Assembly (NCBI GenBank): GCA_045863295.1
Contig: BTWA01000005.1
Location: 64,001 to 128,000 of the forward strand
Source: Candidatus Hydrogenedentota bacterium
GTDB taxonomy: Bacteria > Hydrogenedentota > Hydrogenedentia > Hydrogenedentales > SLHB01
DNA: 64,000 nt
Direction: 5' to 3'
The stretch's first letter is position 1, and each line of letters opens with the position of its first letter. Below the pieces are notes generated by a model that worked only from the letters and a program-made list of their open reading frames with translations, searched no databases and had not been told where the DNA came from. Both the position numbers and the translations under genes were made by a program. This document shows positions 22,081 to 31,940 of this stretch, piece by piece.

Positions 22081-22626
22081 ATGCATATCCAATACGAGAT
22101 GACCGTGGACGATATTGTCGATGCGCAGATCCGGAGCATCCGGCGATCGGGCGTGCATCAGCAGTGGCGCGTCGAGTCGGCGGTATACATGGCCTTCATT
22201 TCGGCGTTGCTGGTGCTTGTGCTGGTGCGCGATCCGATTGTTGTGGCGGTATTCATGGCCGTCGCCGCGGGTGTACTCGGGGCTATTCTCCAATGGTTCG
22301 TCTATGAAGGTTCCATGCGCAAACGCATGAAGAAGTATGTGCTGGAGGCGTACAAAGGCAATGCTCCGAAATTGTTTCAGGTGGAATTGCGGCCCGATGC
22401 CATTTGGACGCAATCCGGCTACACGCAAATTGTCTTCGACTGGCGCGATGTGAACGAGATTGTGGAAGACGAAGAGGTCATCGAATTCCTGATGAACGGC
22501 GGCTACTTCCTAGTGCGGAAAGCGCGCCTAAGCAGCGCCACCACCGCCGCCGATTTCGTCGCCCTCGCCAAACGTTACCTTCTCCAATCCAAGAGCACGA
22601 CCCCGCCGCCGGTGTCCGGGAACTAA
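22081..22626 (+). CDS. YcxB-like membrane protein
   Basis: Two TM helices followed by the FDWRDVNEIVED...LVRK pattern. Confidence 0.7.
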   Translation: MHIQYEMTVDDIVDAQIRSIRRSGVHQQWRVESAVYMAFISALLVLVLVRDPIVVAVFMAVAAGVLGAILQWFVYEGSMRKRMKKYVLEAYKGNAPKLFQVELRPDAIWTQSGYTQIVFDWRDVNEIVEDEEVIEFLMNGGYFLVRKARLSSATTAADFVALAKRYLLQSKSTTPPPVSGN

Positions 22627-22887
22627 AGCCGGAGCGGCCTATTTCGTATCGGGCCCGTTCGTGCGTTGGAGTTGTCTCCTATTAAATACCCGCAGCTTGT
22701 TGCATCGTGGGGCGCATTTTGTTAGCGGATTTGGAACAAGGGGTTTTTCGGGCGGTTCACCTTATTCGTAGAGCGTGTACAGGCCGGGCTCGTTCCGGCG
22801 CGTGGGGTACGAAACGCTTGTCTTGTAATCCACGAGAACGGCGAAACTCAAGAGTGGAAAATGAGGAGACCATTCTGGTCCGGGTGC

Positions 22888-22916
22888 GTGCCGGGGTCGG
22901 GAAACCCCGGCACAAC
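22888..22916. repeat. REP-like hairpin at the pseudogene breakpoint
   Basis: GTGCCGGGGT-cgggaa-ACCCCGGCAC followed by AAC. Confidence 0.5.
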
Positions 22917-22919
22917 GGG

Positions 22920-23507
22920 GGACTGCTTTTGTTTGCGCCTGGGGAGGGGTATGAATACACGACGCACGGGTATCTATTGCTGGGCGCCGCGGTGGAGTAG
23001 GCCGCGGACATGCCGTTGCGGGAATACCTGCGCCATCATGTGTGGGAACCGGCGGGGATGTCGTCCACGGACTTCGAAACCTTTGGGAAGCCGCTTCCCA
23101 ATCAGGCCGTGGGGTATAGCCATGGCAACGGGAAAGTCGTGGTGGCGAAGAAGACCAACGTGAGCAGCAAGTATCCCGGGGGCGGGATGGTTTCGACGGC
23201 GGAGGATCTGGTGCGGTTCGCGGCGAAGTTGCAGGACGGCACTTTGGTGAAGGCGGAGACCTTTGAGTCGATGCTGGTCCCTCCGCGCCTTCCCGCGCCG
23301 AAAAAGTCGAGCTATGGGTTTGGGTTCAGCGTGAGCAAGGAACCGGAGTACGGGCGGGTCGTATCGCACTCCGGGGAGATCGTGGGGGCGTGCACGCACC
23401 TGCGGATCCTTCGCGATCATGGAATTGTCGTGGCGGTCATTTCGAACACGCGGGAGGACAGCGTAAGAGACGTGGCTGTGTCGATCGGCAAGCTGGCGAT
23501 GGATTGA
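22920..23507 (+). pseudogene. Truncated serine hydrolase (beta-lactamase family) relic
   Basis: LLFAPGEGYEYTTHGY, GGMVSTAEDLVRF and HSG present; N-terminal SxxK half absent; in-frame TAG at 22998..23000. Confidence 0.8.
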
Positions 23508-23696
23508 ATGCCCGCATAACGCGGTATTGAAGTTATTTTGCCGAGGGCTGGCATCGTTTGGTATTCTGTCTGGATACAGTAAAAAGAAGGATTTGAATCT
23601 TGGTATGGACGGAGCGGTCCGGCCTGGATTGGTTGGTTTGGCGTAAGGCGCTGTGATACAAGCCGTTGCAGGTGAAAGGCTTAGCCCTTGCCGGGA

Positions 23697-23725
23697 TTGT
23701 CCGGGGGGGTGGCGTGTGTTATGAT
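23697..23725 (+). promoter_or_regulatory. Sigma-70-type promoter for ftsH
   Basis: TTGTCC-17 bp-TATGAT with TG extension. Confidence 0.5.
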
Positions 23726-23790
23726 TGCAGCGGCATGGGCCCGTAGTTTGGCCGTAATCGATTGTCCGTGAAAAGGATACCTACCATCTC

Positions 23791-25758
23791 ATGAGCGGTT
23801 TTGTGAAGCAAGTCTCGCTGTGGATCGTGTTGTTGATCATTCTGGTGTTGCTGCTGACGCAGTTGTCGAACAATCAGGCGACGAAGGAAGTGCTTTCGCC
23901 GCGCGACTTTGCCGAGCAGCTTACGGCGAAGAATATCGGCGACAAGGTGACGGCGACGGTTATGGGGACGAACCTGTACCGGTTCAAGGCGGATTTCAAG
24001 CAGGAGTACCGGGGCCACAAGTCCATTACCTTTAACTACCACCGGGTTCCGGAAGAGTGGGAAAAGGAGATGGAGGCGCAGGGGATCAACCTGAATGTCG
24101 AGGATCAGCCGGTGTTGTTGTACAACCTGCTGACCGGGATCCTTCCGATTATCATTATCTTCGCCATTTTCTGGTTCTTCATGATCCGGCAGATGCAGGG
24201 CGGGAACAACAAGGCGCTTTCGTTTGGCAAGAGCCGGGCGCGTCTGGTGAACCACAGCGACAAGGTGGTGACGTTCAACGACGTGGCGGGAGTGGACGAG
24301 GCGAAGGAAGAGTTGCAGGAGATCATTGAGTTCCTGCGCGATCCGAAGAAGTTTTCGCGTCTGGGCGGCAAGATTCCGAAGGGTGTGCTGCTGGTGGGGC
24401 CTCCGGGGTCTGGCAAGACGTTGTTGGCGCGAGCGGTGGCGGGCGAGGCGCACGTGCCGTTTTTCAGCATCAGCGGTTCGGATTTCGTGGAGATGTTCGT
24501 GGGCGTGGGCGCGAGCCGCGTTCGCGATTTGTTTCAGCAGGGCCAGAAGCATGCGCCGTGCATTATCTTCATTGATGAAATTGACGCGGTGGGCCGGCAG
24601 CGAGGCGCGGGCCTTGGCGGCGGCCATGATGAGCGGGAGCAGACGCTGAACCAGTTGCTCGTGGAAATGGACGGGTTCAACACGAGCGAAGGCGTGATAT
24701 TGATGGCGGCCACGAACCGGCCGGATGTGTTGGACAAGGCGTTGCTGCGGCCGGGCCGGTTTGACCGGCAGGTGGTGGTGGCGAATCCGGATATCCGCGG
24801 GCGCGAGGCGATACTACATATTCACATCCGCAACAACGGAGTGCCGTTGGACGAGACCGTGGCGGTGACGACGCTGGCGCGCGGCACGTCGGGATTTTCG
24901 GGCGCGGATTTGGCGAACATGGTGAATGAAGCGGCGCTTCTTGCGGCGCGGCGCAGCCAGGACAAGGTGACGATGCAGGACTTTGAGGACGCGAAAGATC
25001 GCGTGCTGATGGGTCCGGAGCGGCGGAGCCTGGTGCTGAGCGCGGCGGAGAAGCGGAACACCGCGTATCACGAAGCGGGGCATACGCTGATAGGGCGGTT
25101 GTTGCCGGATGCGGATCCAGTGCACAAGGTGACGATTATTCCGCGTGGTCCGTCATTGGGTTTGACGAGTATGCTGCCGACGGAAGACCGGCATTGCATT
25201 TCGAAGGCGTATTGTCTTGCGGCATTACGCGTGGCGATGGGCGGGCGCGCGGCGGAAGAGATCATATTCGGTATGTTCAGCAGCGGCGCTTCAAACGATT
25301 TGAAGCGGTCGACGGAATTGGCGCATGCGATGGTGTGCCAGTGGGGCATGAGCGACCTCGGGCCGATTTCGTTCGGCACGAACGCGGAAGTGTTCCTTGG
25401 GCGGGACATCGTGCGCGAGCGCGATTACAGCGAAGAGACGGCGTCGGCGGTGGACAAGGCGATTCACCGGTTTCTCGAAGATGCCTATACGGATGCGAAG
25501 CGGTTGCTGGAAGAGCACAAGGATTTGTTGATCGCGATTGCCGAAGGACTGGTGGAGCGCGAGACGCTGGATTCGGAAGAAATCGATGACACCATTCGTA
25601 AGAATGGCGGATCGCATCTCCTGCCCGAGCCAGTGAAGAAAGAAACCGTGCCGGTAGTCAAACGCCCAGCCGAAGTTGCGCGTCCGGTGCGTCCGGTGGA
25701 TGAAGGCGAGCGCGGGCTGGACATTGGACCGGGCGAGATCTTGCCGGGCACGGCGTGA
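23791..25758 (+). CDS. ftsH: ATP-dependent zinc metalloprotease FtsH
   Basis: Two TMs, [24 protein letters not shown]. Confidence 0.98.
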   Translation: MSGFVKQVSLWIVLLIILVLLLTQLSNNQATKEVLSPRDFAEQLTAKNIGDKVTATVMGTNLYRFKADFKQEYRGHKSITFNYHRVPEEWEKEMEAQGINLNVEDQPVLLYNLLTGILPIIIIFAIFWFFMIRQMQGGNNKALSFGKSRARLVNHSDKVVTFNDVAGVDEAKEELQEIIEFLRDPKKFSRLGGKIPKGVLLVGPPGSGKTLLARAVAGEAHVPFFSISGSDFVEMFVGVGASRVRDLFQQGQKHAPCIIFIDEIDAVGRQRGAGLGGGHDEREQTLNQLLVEMDGFNTSEGVILMAATNRPDVLDKALLRPGRFDRQVVVANPDIRGREAILHIHIRNNGVPLDETVAVTTLARGTSGFSGADLANMVNEAALLAARRSQDKVTMQDFEDAKDRVLMGPERRSLVLSAAEKRNTAYHEAGHTLIGRLLPDADPVHKVTIIPRGPSLGLTSMLPTEDRHCISKAYCLAALRVAMGGRAAEEIIFGMFSSGASNDLKRSTELAHAMVCQWGMSDLGPISFGTNAEVFLGRDIVRERDYSEETASAVDKAIHRFLEDAYTDAKRLLEEHKDLLIAIAEGLVERETLDSEEIDDTIRKNGGSHLLPEPVKKETVPVVKRPAEVARPVRPVDEGERGLDIGPGEILPGTA

Positions 25759-25862
25759 GTCCTGACTGGGGACGGCGTTGTGCCGCGTTTGATTCCGGCC
25801 TGCTGCCGCGATGGTGAAGTCACTTTCGAGTCAGCGCGCTTTGGAACGAGGGCCGCGCGTTT

Positions 25863-26747
25863 ATGAGCTTTCCACACGTGGAACGGACGCGGCAGGTTCC
25901 CGCCTTCGCGGGAATGACGGCCGCGTCTACTTCCAGTACACTTATTATGGGCGTGATGAATATCACGCCCGATTCTTTTTTTGACGGGGGACGGATTCAA
26001 TCGCCGGAGGAGGCCGCGACGCGTGCGCGGCAACTTATCGCGGATGGGGCGGATATCCTCGACGTGGGCGCGGAATCGACGCGGCCGGGAGCGGAGCCGG
26101 TGAGCGCGGAGGCGGAATGGGCCCGTTTGGCGCCGGTGTTGGAGGCCTTGTGCGCAATCGATAGCGCGCGCGTTTCTGTGGATACGTACAAGGCCGAGGT
26201 GGCGCGAAAGGCCATTTCGTCTGGCGCTTCGATGGTCAATGACATTAGCGGGTTGCGCGGCGATCCGGCGATGGCGGAGACGGTGGCGGAGGCGGGTTGC
26301 GAATGTGTGATCATGCACATGCAGGGCGCGCCCAAGACGATGCAAGAGGCTCCGCGCTATGACGACGTGGTGGGGGATATCAAGGCGTTCTTCGAAGAGC
26401 GCATCGCCTATGCCGAAGCTCAGGGCATCCGGCGGGAACGGATCTGGATCGATCCGGGATTCGGTTTCGGCAAGACGCCGCCGCAGAACCTCGAACTGAT
26501 TCGCCGCTTGCGCGAGTTTAAGGTGTTTGGCGTTCCCATTCTGGTTGGCACTTCCAACAAATCGACGATTGGCGCGGTGCTCGATGTGCCTGTGCATGAG
26601 CGGATGGAAGGCACGGCGGCGACGGTGGCCATTTCAATATGGAATGGGGCGGATGCGGTGCGCGTGCATGATGTGAAAGCGATGGCACGCGTGGCGAAGA
26701 TGACGGATGCGCTTGCGCGGGTGCAGATCATTTCCGATCAATTATGA
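25863..26747 (+). CDS. folP: Dihydropteroate synthase (start at 25863 or 25914)
   Basis: MGVMNITPDSF.DGG, GAESTRPG, SVDTYK, IDPGFGFGK, VRVHDV. Confidence 0.96.
   Translation: MSFPHVERTRQVPAFAGMTAASTSSTLIMGVMNITPDSFFDGGRIQSPEEAATRARQLIADGADILDVGAESTRPGAEPVSAEAEWARLAPVLEALCAIDSARVSVDTYKAEVARKAISSGASMVNDISGLRGDPAMAETVAEAGCECVIMHMQGAPKTMQEAPRYDDVVGDIKAFFEERIAYAEAQGIRRERIWIDPGFGFGKTPPQNLELIRRLREFKVFGVPILVGTSNKSTIGAVLDVPVHERMEGTAATVAISIWNGADAVRVHDVKAMARVAKMTDALARVQIISDQL
25884..25918. repeat. REP-like palindrome, copy 2, overlapping the 5' end of folP
   Basis: GTTCCCGCCTTCGCGGGAATGAC; translates as VPAFAGMT in the folP frame. Confidence 0.7.
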
Positions 26748-26805
26748 AACTCAGGGCGTTCTCCCTTGTGCTATCATGAAAGTGGATGAATTGAGGCGGA
26801 ATGCC

Positions 26806-27456
26806 ATGCGGCCGTTACTCCTCTCAATGACTTTGCTGGTCTTCCTCGCGGGCTGCGACGGATCGATTGCCGATGTCGAAGCCGCGAAGACATTTCCAAT
26901 TCCGTTAAACGTTGACTCGCCTACTGACGGTTATTGTCTGCGACTTCCTGCCGATCCACTCATCGCGTATCCGAGGGAGCTCCCGGACTTGCGTCGAACC
27001 GCCGAGGGGTCGAGTCCTTACGGAAAACCCGAAAGCGGTGGAATTCGAATCGCCGTTTCCGCCAACGCCAACCAACTTTTTGACGAGAAGTATCAGGGCC
27101 GGGAAGTGGAGATTCTGAACGAGTCCGACACTATCAAGAAAGTGCCTGTGCATGATTTCCGCCTTTGGATGGTTCAAGAGGCGTTGGACGGTGAAGGTCA
27201 ATGGCGCCCCATTGAGCGTCTGCGGCTAAGCGGGTGTGGGCTGAGCGATTTTCACGCCGCTCTTGCGCCGGGTCAGTACTGGGTCCTGACTGTACCGGTT
27301 TACGAAGGCGAAATTCGGACTTGGCTGCGAATTCGATTGGAGTTGTACGATAGTGAAGTCGTTTACTCCGAGCCCTATCTTGGAGGCGTTAATCCAGGGC
27401 AGTTTTTGCCTGCGGAAACAATCAGTGGTCCAAGGGACACCACTGCGTCTTCATGA
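26806..27456 (+). CDS. Hypothetical lipoprotein
   Basis: MRPLLLSMTLLVFLAGC lipobox; globular-looking C-half (VQEALDGEGQWRPIE...GCG...LAPGQYW). Confidence 0.7.
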   Translation: MRPLLLSMTLLVFLAGCDGSIADVEAAKTFPIPLNVDSPTDGYCLRLPADPLIAYPRELPDLRRTAEGSSPYGKPESGGIRIAVSANANQLFDEKYQGREVEILNESDTIKKVPVHDFRLWMVQEALDGEGQWRPIERLRLSGCGLSDFHAALAPGQYWVLTVPVYEGEIRTWLRIRLELYDSEVVYSEPYLGGVNPGQFLPAETISGPRDTTASS

Positions 27457-27565
27457 GCAATCGCTGTGCATGTCATTGACGCGTGTTTTCCGCTAGAATG
27501 ATCCTTGATCTTGGCATGGGTTGGTGCCGGGCAGTATAGGCAGCGTACAGGGAAATTGACGGGCA

Positions 27566-28909
27566 ATGATAAAAGAGCGGCTATTCGGCACGGACGGGAT
27601 ACGCGGGGTGGCGAATCAGCACCCGATGACGGCGGAGGTGGCGCTTCGCGTGGGTCGCGCGGTGGGGTATATCTTTCAGAAGGAAGACCGACCCTATACG
27701 ATTCTCATTGGGAAGGACACGCGCATCTCCGGGTACATGATCGAGAACGCGCTGACGGCCGGGCTGTGTTCGATGGGGTGCCATGTGTTGCTGGTGGGGC
27801 CGCTTCCGACGCCTGGCGTTTCGTACATTATGCGGAGTCTGCGGTGCGACGCGGCGATCATGATTTCCGCGTCCCACAATGAATACCACTACAACGGCAT
27901 CAAGTTTTTCGGAAGCGACGGCTATAAGATTGCGGATGAAGTGGAAGACGAGATCCAGCGGCTGGTTCAGAACGGCGAGTTGGACAATGTTGGGCCCATT
28001 GCCGAGCGGGTGGGCACGGCGCGGCGCATCGATGATGCGGTGGGACGGTACGTGGAGTTCGCGAAATCGTCTTTTCCCAAGGGCATGCGTCTGGATGGGC
28101 TCCGCATTGTGTGCGACTGCGCGAACGGCGCTTCGTACAAGGTGGGGCCGTATACGCTGTCGGAACTTGGGGCGGAAGTGATTCCGATTCACAACCAGCC
28201 CAATGGCAGGAACATCAATGCGGAATGCGGGTCCGTGTATCCCGACGACATGCGCGCGACGGTGATCAAGGAGCGCGCTGACCTGGGCCTATGTTTTGAC
28301 GGTGATGGCGACCGGCTGGTGATGTCCGATGAAGAAGGCCGGTTGCTTGATGGGAACGCCATACTCTCCATGCTGGCGGTGGACCTGCTTGAACGGGATG
28401 CGATGCCCAAGAAGATGCTGGCGACGACGATCATGGCGAATGGCGGATTGCATCGGGCGATCGCGCCGTACGGCGGGTCGGTGGTGTGGACCAAGGTGGG
28501 CGACCGGTATGTGGTGGAAGCGATGCGCGAGCACGGGTTGGTGCTCGGGGGCGAGTCTTCCGGGCATCTGGTGATGCTGGAACACAATGTGACGGGCGAT
28601 GCGTTGATTGCCTGCCTGCAAGTGCTTGCGGCGCTTATTCGTCATGACCAGCCATTGTCGGCGCTGGGTGCGGCGTACCGGCCCATGCCGGAGGCTCATG
28701 CAAAGGTGCCGGTGAACGGGGCAAAGCCGAGTGACGAGAAGATTGCGGCGTTGTCGCAGGAAGCTGAAGACGACCTGAAGGGTGCGGGGCGTGTGGTTAT
28801 TCGCGCGTCGGGCACGGAACCGATTATCCGGGTGATGGTTCAACACGACACGCAACGCGTGGCCGATGAGTTGGTAAAGGTTTTGGCGGACCGAGTGGCG
28901 AAGTTGTAG
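27566..28909 (+). CDS. glmM: Phosphoglucosamine mutase
   Basis: LFGTDGIRG, GKDTRISG, ISASHN, FDGDGDR, GGESSGH, RASGTEP. Confidence 0.96.
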   Translation: MIKERLFGTDGIRGVANQHPMTAEVALRVGRAVGYIFQKEDRPYTILIGKDTRISGYMIENALTAGLCSMGCHVLLVGPLPTPGVSYIMRSLRCDAAIMISASHNEYHYNGIKFFGSDGYKIADEVEDEIQRLVQNGELDNVGPIAERVGTARRIDDAVGRYVEFAKSSFPKGMRLDGLRIVCDCANGASYKVGPYTLSELGAEVIPIHNQPNGRNINAECGSVYPDDMRATVIKERADLGLCFDGDGDRLVMSDEEGRLLDGNAILSMLAVDLLERDAMPKKMLATTIMANGGLHRAIAPYGGSVVWTKVGDRYVVEAMREHGLVLGGESSGHLVMLEHNVTGDALIACLQVLAALIRHDQPLSALGAAYRPMPEAHAKVPVNGAKPSDEKIAALSQEAEDDLKGAGRVVIRASGTEPIIRVMVQHDTQRVADELVKVLADRVAKL

Positions 28910-28918
28910 GCAGAGATC

Positions 28919-31330
28919 TCACGCATTGCTGTCAGGAATTATTGACAGCGTTTTCCCTTCGTCCTCTCGCAATTGCCAGTTGTGTTCCCGGCATATGGTT
29001 TCGATAATGCTCCACAGTGTGTATTCGCCGGCGGGCAACGTTATCGAGGTGCTCATTCGATCGGCCTGCGCCGCAATGGTCATATTTTGTTCCGTCGCTT
29101 CGGTCATCTGTTTGCAGAGCGATTCCATAGTTACCGGCGAACCATCGAGCTGAATTCGGCGATTCAAATAGTAGTACCGAATCACGCCGCCACTAATGAC
29201 GGGGTCCTTCCACGGCAATGTGATGCTCGTCTCCTTCCCTTCGGCCATTTCGGCGATCCCGCTTCGCACCCATACGCCGCTACCCAGAATGAACACGGCG
29301 CAGACCGCGTATGAGCCCGGAGGGAAGTTGTTGAACTCGTACGAGGACAACTCTCCAGGCTGCAACCGCCCCAGTGCAACGCTTTGCAACCGGCCGAGCC
29401 GCTCGTCTTCAACGTGCAGGACGGCCATATCTGTCCACAACAGCACGCCGGTATCCCGTGTAATCACGATCAGTCGTGGTGATTTGGACCATTCATCCGG
29501 TCCCGGCTCCACAGTCACGGTCAAGTGCGAATCGCGGCGCTGCATCATTAACTCCGCTGTCACTTGCTGTCCGGTCCCGACTTCAATGGAGGGTATTGCG
29601 CCCCAATACGTCATGGAGCGATCCGTAATGCCGAATGCGTCTACGGCATATTGGCCTTCCCTCAAATCGCTGAAGTGGACCTTGCCATCGGTCTGCTTTT
29701 CCATGCGCCAGGTCTGCCCCGGCCAGTCCTCACGAATGGGATAGAACAAGCCGCCGTTCAAGTCCTCCAGCCGGACGCCAATACTCTGGGCCGCACGCCC
29801 ATCCGGGTCTTTGGTCAAATCGACGTCAATCGTCGCCCCCGGTGTCAGCGACACATCCACAGAGAGTGCGGGAGTGTTTTCCGTAATCGAAAGCGTCTGC
29901 TGATGGCGCACGTAATTCTCGCACGTGACCAGAAATGGGCTTACTTCGTTCATGGCAACCTGTTCCAGCATGAACCGCCCTTGGTCGTCGGTCTCGTCAT
30001 CCACAAGTAGGCCGTCGCGACGTATCCATTCCAGGTTTGCACCGCCGGAGTCTCCGGAATGATCAATACGTACATATGCGCCTTTTATGGGTTGGCCTGT
30101 GGCCGCGTCGGTTACTTTGCCACTTACAGTTCCACGGGGAGACTCAGCGGCCTCTTGCGACGAGGCGACTTGTTCGGAGGCGGTGTCAGCGACAGGTACT
30201 TGGGGCTGCGCGGGAAATGGATTTGGCTCAACCGCAATAGCCACGGGAAGGAATGTGGGCAAGACAACCAAAGCAAAGGCAAAAGTGCCGATCAGGCCCA
30301 GACGCGTGAGCGCGGGACTCCTGTGAACAGTATCGTCAAGAATACGAACCAATCGGCGGCCCAGCGGATGCAAGTTGTCAGCGCATCCGAAAGATAATGT
30401 ATCGTTTTGCGGCCGGATAAGTTCCCGGGCAGCGCGTAGTAGCGTGTCGCTGTATGCATCACCTTCGGCGACTTTCAGTCCAAGGACGACATCGTCGCAG
30501 CAGTTCTCCCGAGTCCGATGCAGGGTGCGGACCAGCAGCCACACGACGGGATTGAACCACCAGATCAACAAGATCAATTTTTCTAACCAGATGAATGCCA
30601 GATCCAGCCTGCGATGATGAGCCAACTCGTGTGCGAGAATCGCCTCCAGGTCGGCAGTGGGCAGCGCATGGGCCAGCCGATCGGGAAGAATCACACCGGG
30701 AGAGAAGATGCCCACCGCGATTGGTGCGCATGCCGAGCGCGAAACCATAAGCCGGACAGACCGGCGCACATTGAGTCTTTTCGCGACCATCACATGCAGA
30801 TCGTAAAGAGGGCCTGAAGTTAACGTCACAGTCTGTTTTAAGAGACGGCCCAATTTCAGATAACTCGCGATCATTGCCATTCCGATGAGCAGCGTACCGA
30901 AGAAATGCGCCGTGAAAAGCGAGAGTTTCCAGTAGTCGGCGGCAACATTCGCCGCTCGCGTTGTAACGCTCTGCGACATTTCATTGGATCGAGGCAAGAG
31001 TCGCGCTTCACTGCCGCCAACAGGGTCAATCGACGGTCCGCGCTTTGCGGAGGCGATTGTTTCCGTGATCGGCTGCGGCCATTCTGTCTGCGAGGTCAAC
31101 GCAGGAGCCGTGTTGTTCAAAATGGGCAACTGTAATGCGGGTGGAATGAGAAACTTGATTGTCGCGACCATGAGCACAGCGTAAAGAAAAGACGCTGAAC
31201 GTTTCTTGAATGCATGCACTGCCGCCATGGCCAGAATTGCCGCCAGACTGGATTGCCAGAGGCAGGGCCATACAACAGCCCACCAGTTTTCCGCGGCTAT
31301 TTCCATCCACAAACGGGTATACATGATCAC
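28919..31330 (-). CDS. BlaR1/MecR1-type peptidase M56 sensor with carboxypeptidase-regulatory-like repeats and a C-terminal STN-like domain
   Basis: TM helices, HELAH, WWFNP, RENCCD; periplasmic GTVSGKVTDAATGQPIKGAYV...TDDQGRF. Confidence 0.9.
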   Translation of the reverse strand: MIMYTRLWMEIAAENWWAVVWPCLWQSSLAAILAMAAVHAFKKRSASFLYAVLMVATIKFLIPPALQLPILNNTAPALTSQTEWPQPITETIASAKRGPSIDPVGGSEARLLPRSNEMSQSVTTRAANVAADYWKLSLFTAHFFGTLLIGMAMIASYLKLGRLLKQTVTLTSGPLYDLHVMVAKRLNVRRSVRLMVSRSACAPIAVGIFSPGVILPDRLAHALPTADLEAILAHELAHHRRLDLAFIWLEKLILLIWWFNPVVWLLVRTLHRTRENCCDDVVLGLKVAEGDAYSDTLLRAARELIRPQNDTLSFGCADNLHPLGRRLVRILDDTVHRSPALTRLGLIGTFAFALVVLPTFLPVAIAVEPNPFPAQPQVPVADTASEQVASSQEAAESPRGTVSGKVTDAATGQPIKGAYVRIDHSGDSGGANLEWIRRDGLLVDDETDDQGRFMLEQVAMNEVSPFLVTCENYVRHQQTLSITENTPALSVDVSLTPGATIDVDLTKDPDGRAAQSIGVRLEDLNGGLFYPIREDWPGQTWRMEKQTDGKVHFSDLREGQYAVDAFGITDRSMTYWGAIPSIEVGTGQQVTAELMMQRRDSHLTVTVEPGPDEWSKSPRLIVITRDTGVLLWTDMAVLHVEDERLGRLQSVALGRLQPGELSSYEFNNFPPGSYAVCAVFILGSGVWVRSGIAEMAEGKETSITLPWKDPVISGGVIRYYYLNRRIQLDGSPVTMESLCKQMTEATEQNMTIAAQADRMSTSITLPAGEYTLWSIIETICREHNWQLREDEGKTLSIIPDSNA

Positions 31331-31800
31331 CCCTCCCTTATTCGGCGACGGGTCTCGGGTTTGCCTTTGAGTTGTCTCACCAATTCATCCAAGGCACGCA
31401 ACTCGTCTTGATTGGGCGGATTTCCATCGAAAAGGGAAGCCATCATGGAAACGAGGCTTCCACCAAAGATGCGTTCGCGCATGCGATTCAAGATGCCTTT
31501 GTAGGTGGATTCCGGCGCGTGATCCGCGCGGTACACAAAGGCCTTGCCCACATTCGCCTTTTCCTTCGAGACGAGACGCTTTTCTTCAAGTCGCTTTAAC
31601 AACGTTACTATGGCGCCATGACTCATGGGGCGGTAAGGCTTCATGATTTCGCGCAGTTGGCGAGCCGTTGCCATTTGTTCTCGCCAAAGGCAGGCCAGTA
31701 CTTCCAGCTCGGCGGTAGGTAGATCTTCAAGCGAAATGGTGGACCCTTTCTTGGGGGTATCCCTGCGGGGCTTATTGTCACGAGTTCCCATGTGCGCCAC
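31327..31800 (-). CDS. BlaI/MecI/CopY-family repressor
   Basis: ELEVLACLW, TLLKRLEEK, GKAFVY, FGGS; ATGA overlap with the M56 gene. Confidence 0.92.
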   Translation of the reverse strand: MAHMGTRDNKPRRDTPKKGSTISLEDLPTAELEVLACLWREQMATARQLREIMKPYRPMSHGAIVTLLKRLEEKRLVSKEKANVGKAFVYRADHAPESTYKGILNRMRERIFGGSLVSMMASLFDGNPPNQDELRALDELVRQLKGKPETRRRIREG

Positions 31801-31876
31801 TCAAAATTGGGCAATACTTTAAATTTATACTGTGTTTTATATTTTGAAATGGGGTTGTTTTGCGGGGTAAATTCTT

Positions 31877-31919
31877 AAAAACAAAAGCGCCGCCGCCCAG
31901 AGGATCCGGGCGGCGGCGC
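31877..31919 (-). terminator. Terminator of the 31941..34202 gene
   Basis: GCGCCGCCGCCC/GGGCGGCGGCGC stem with an A-tract on the left. Confidence 0.75.
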
Positions 31920-31940
31920 GGACGGTCAATGCCTTTTTGT

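Noticed and set aside
18928..22428. 1166-aa minus-strand ORF and 875-aa plus-strand ORF (19438..22065) suggesting giant overlapping genes
   Set aside because: Only the manC and sulfatase parts carry motifs; the extensions are antisense shadows in very GC-rich DNA
22998..23000. Amber readthrough (pyrrolysine or recoding) in the serine hydrolase
   Set aside because: The gene also lacks its catalytic N-half, and TAG ends intact genes here (glmM, manC, the OmpA gene)
28919..31800. Beta-lactam resistance locus (BlaI/BlaR1 plus the nearby beta-lactamase-like relic)
   Set aside because: The sensor has no recognisable penicillin-binding domain, and the relic is truncated and over 5 kb away
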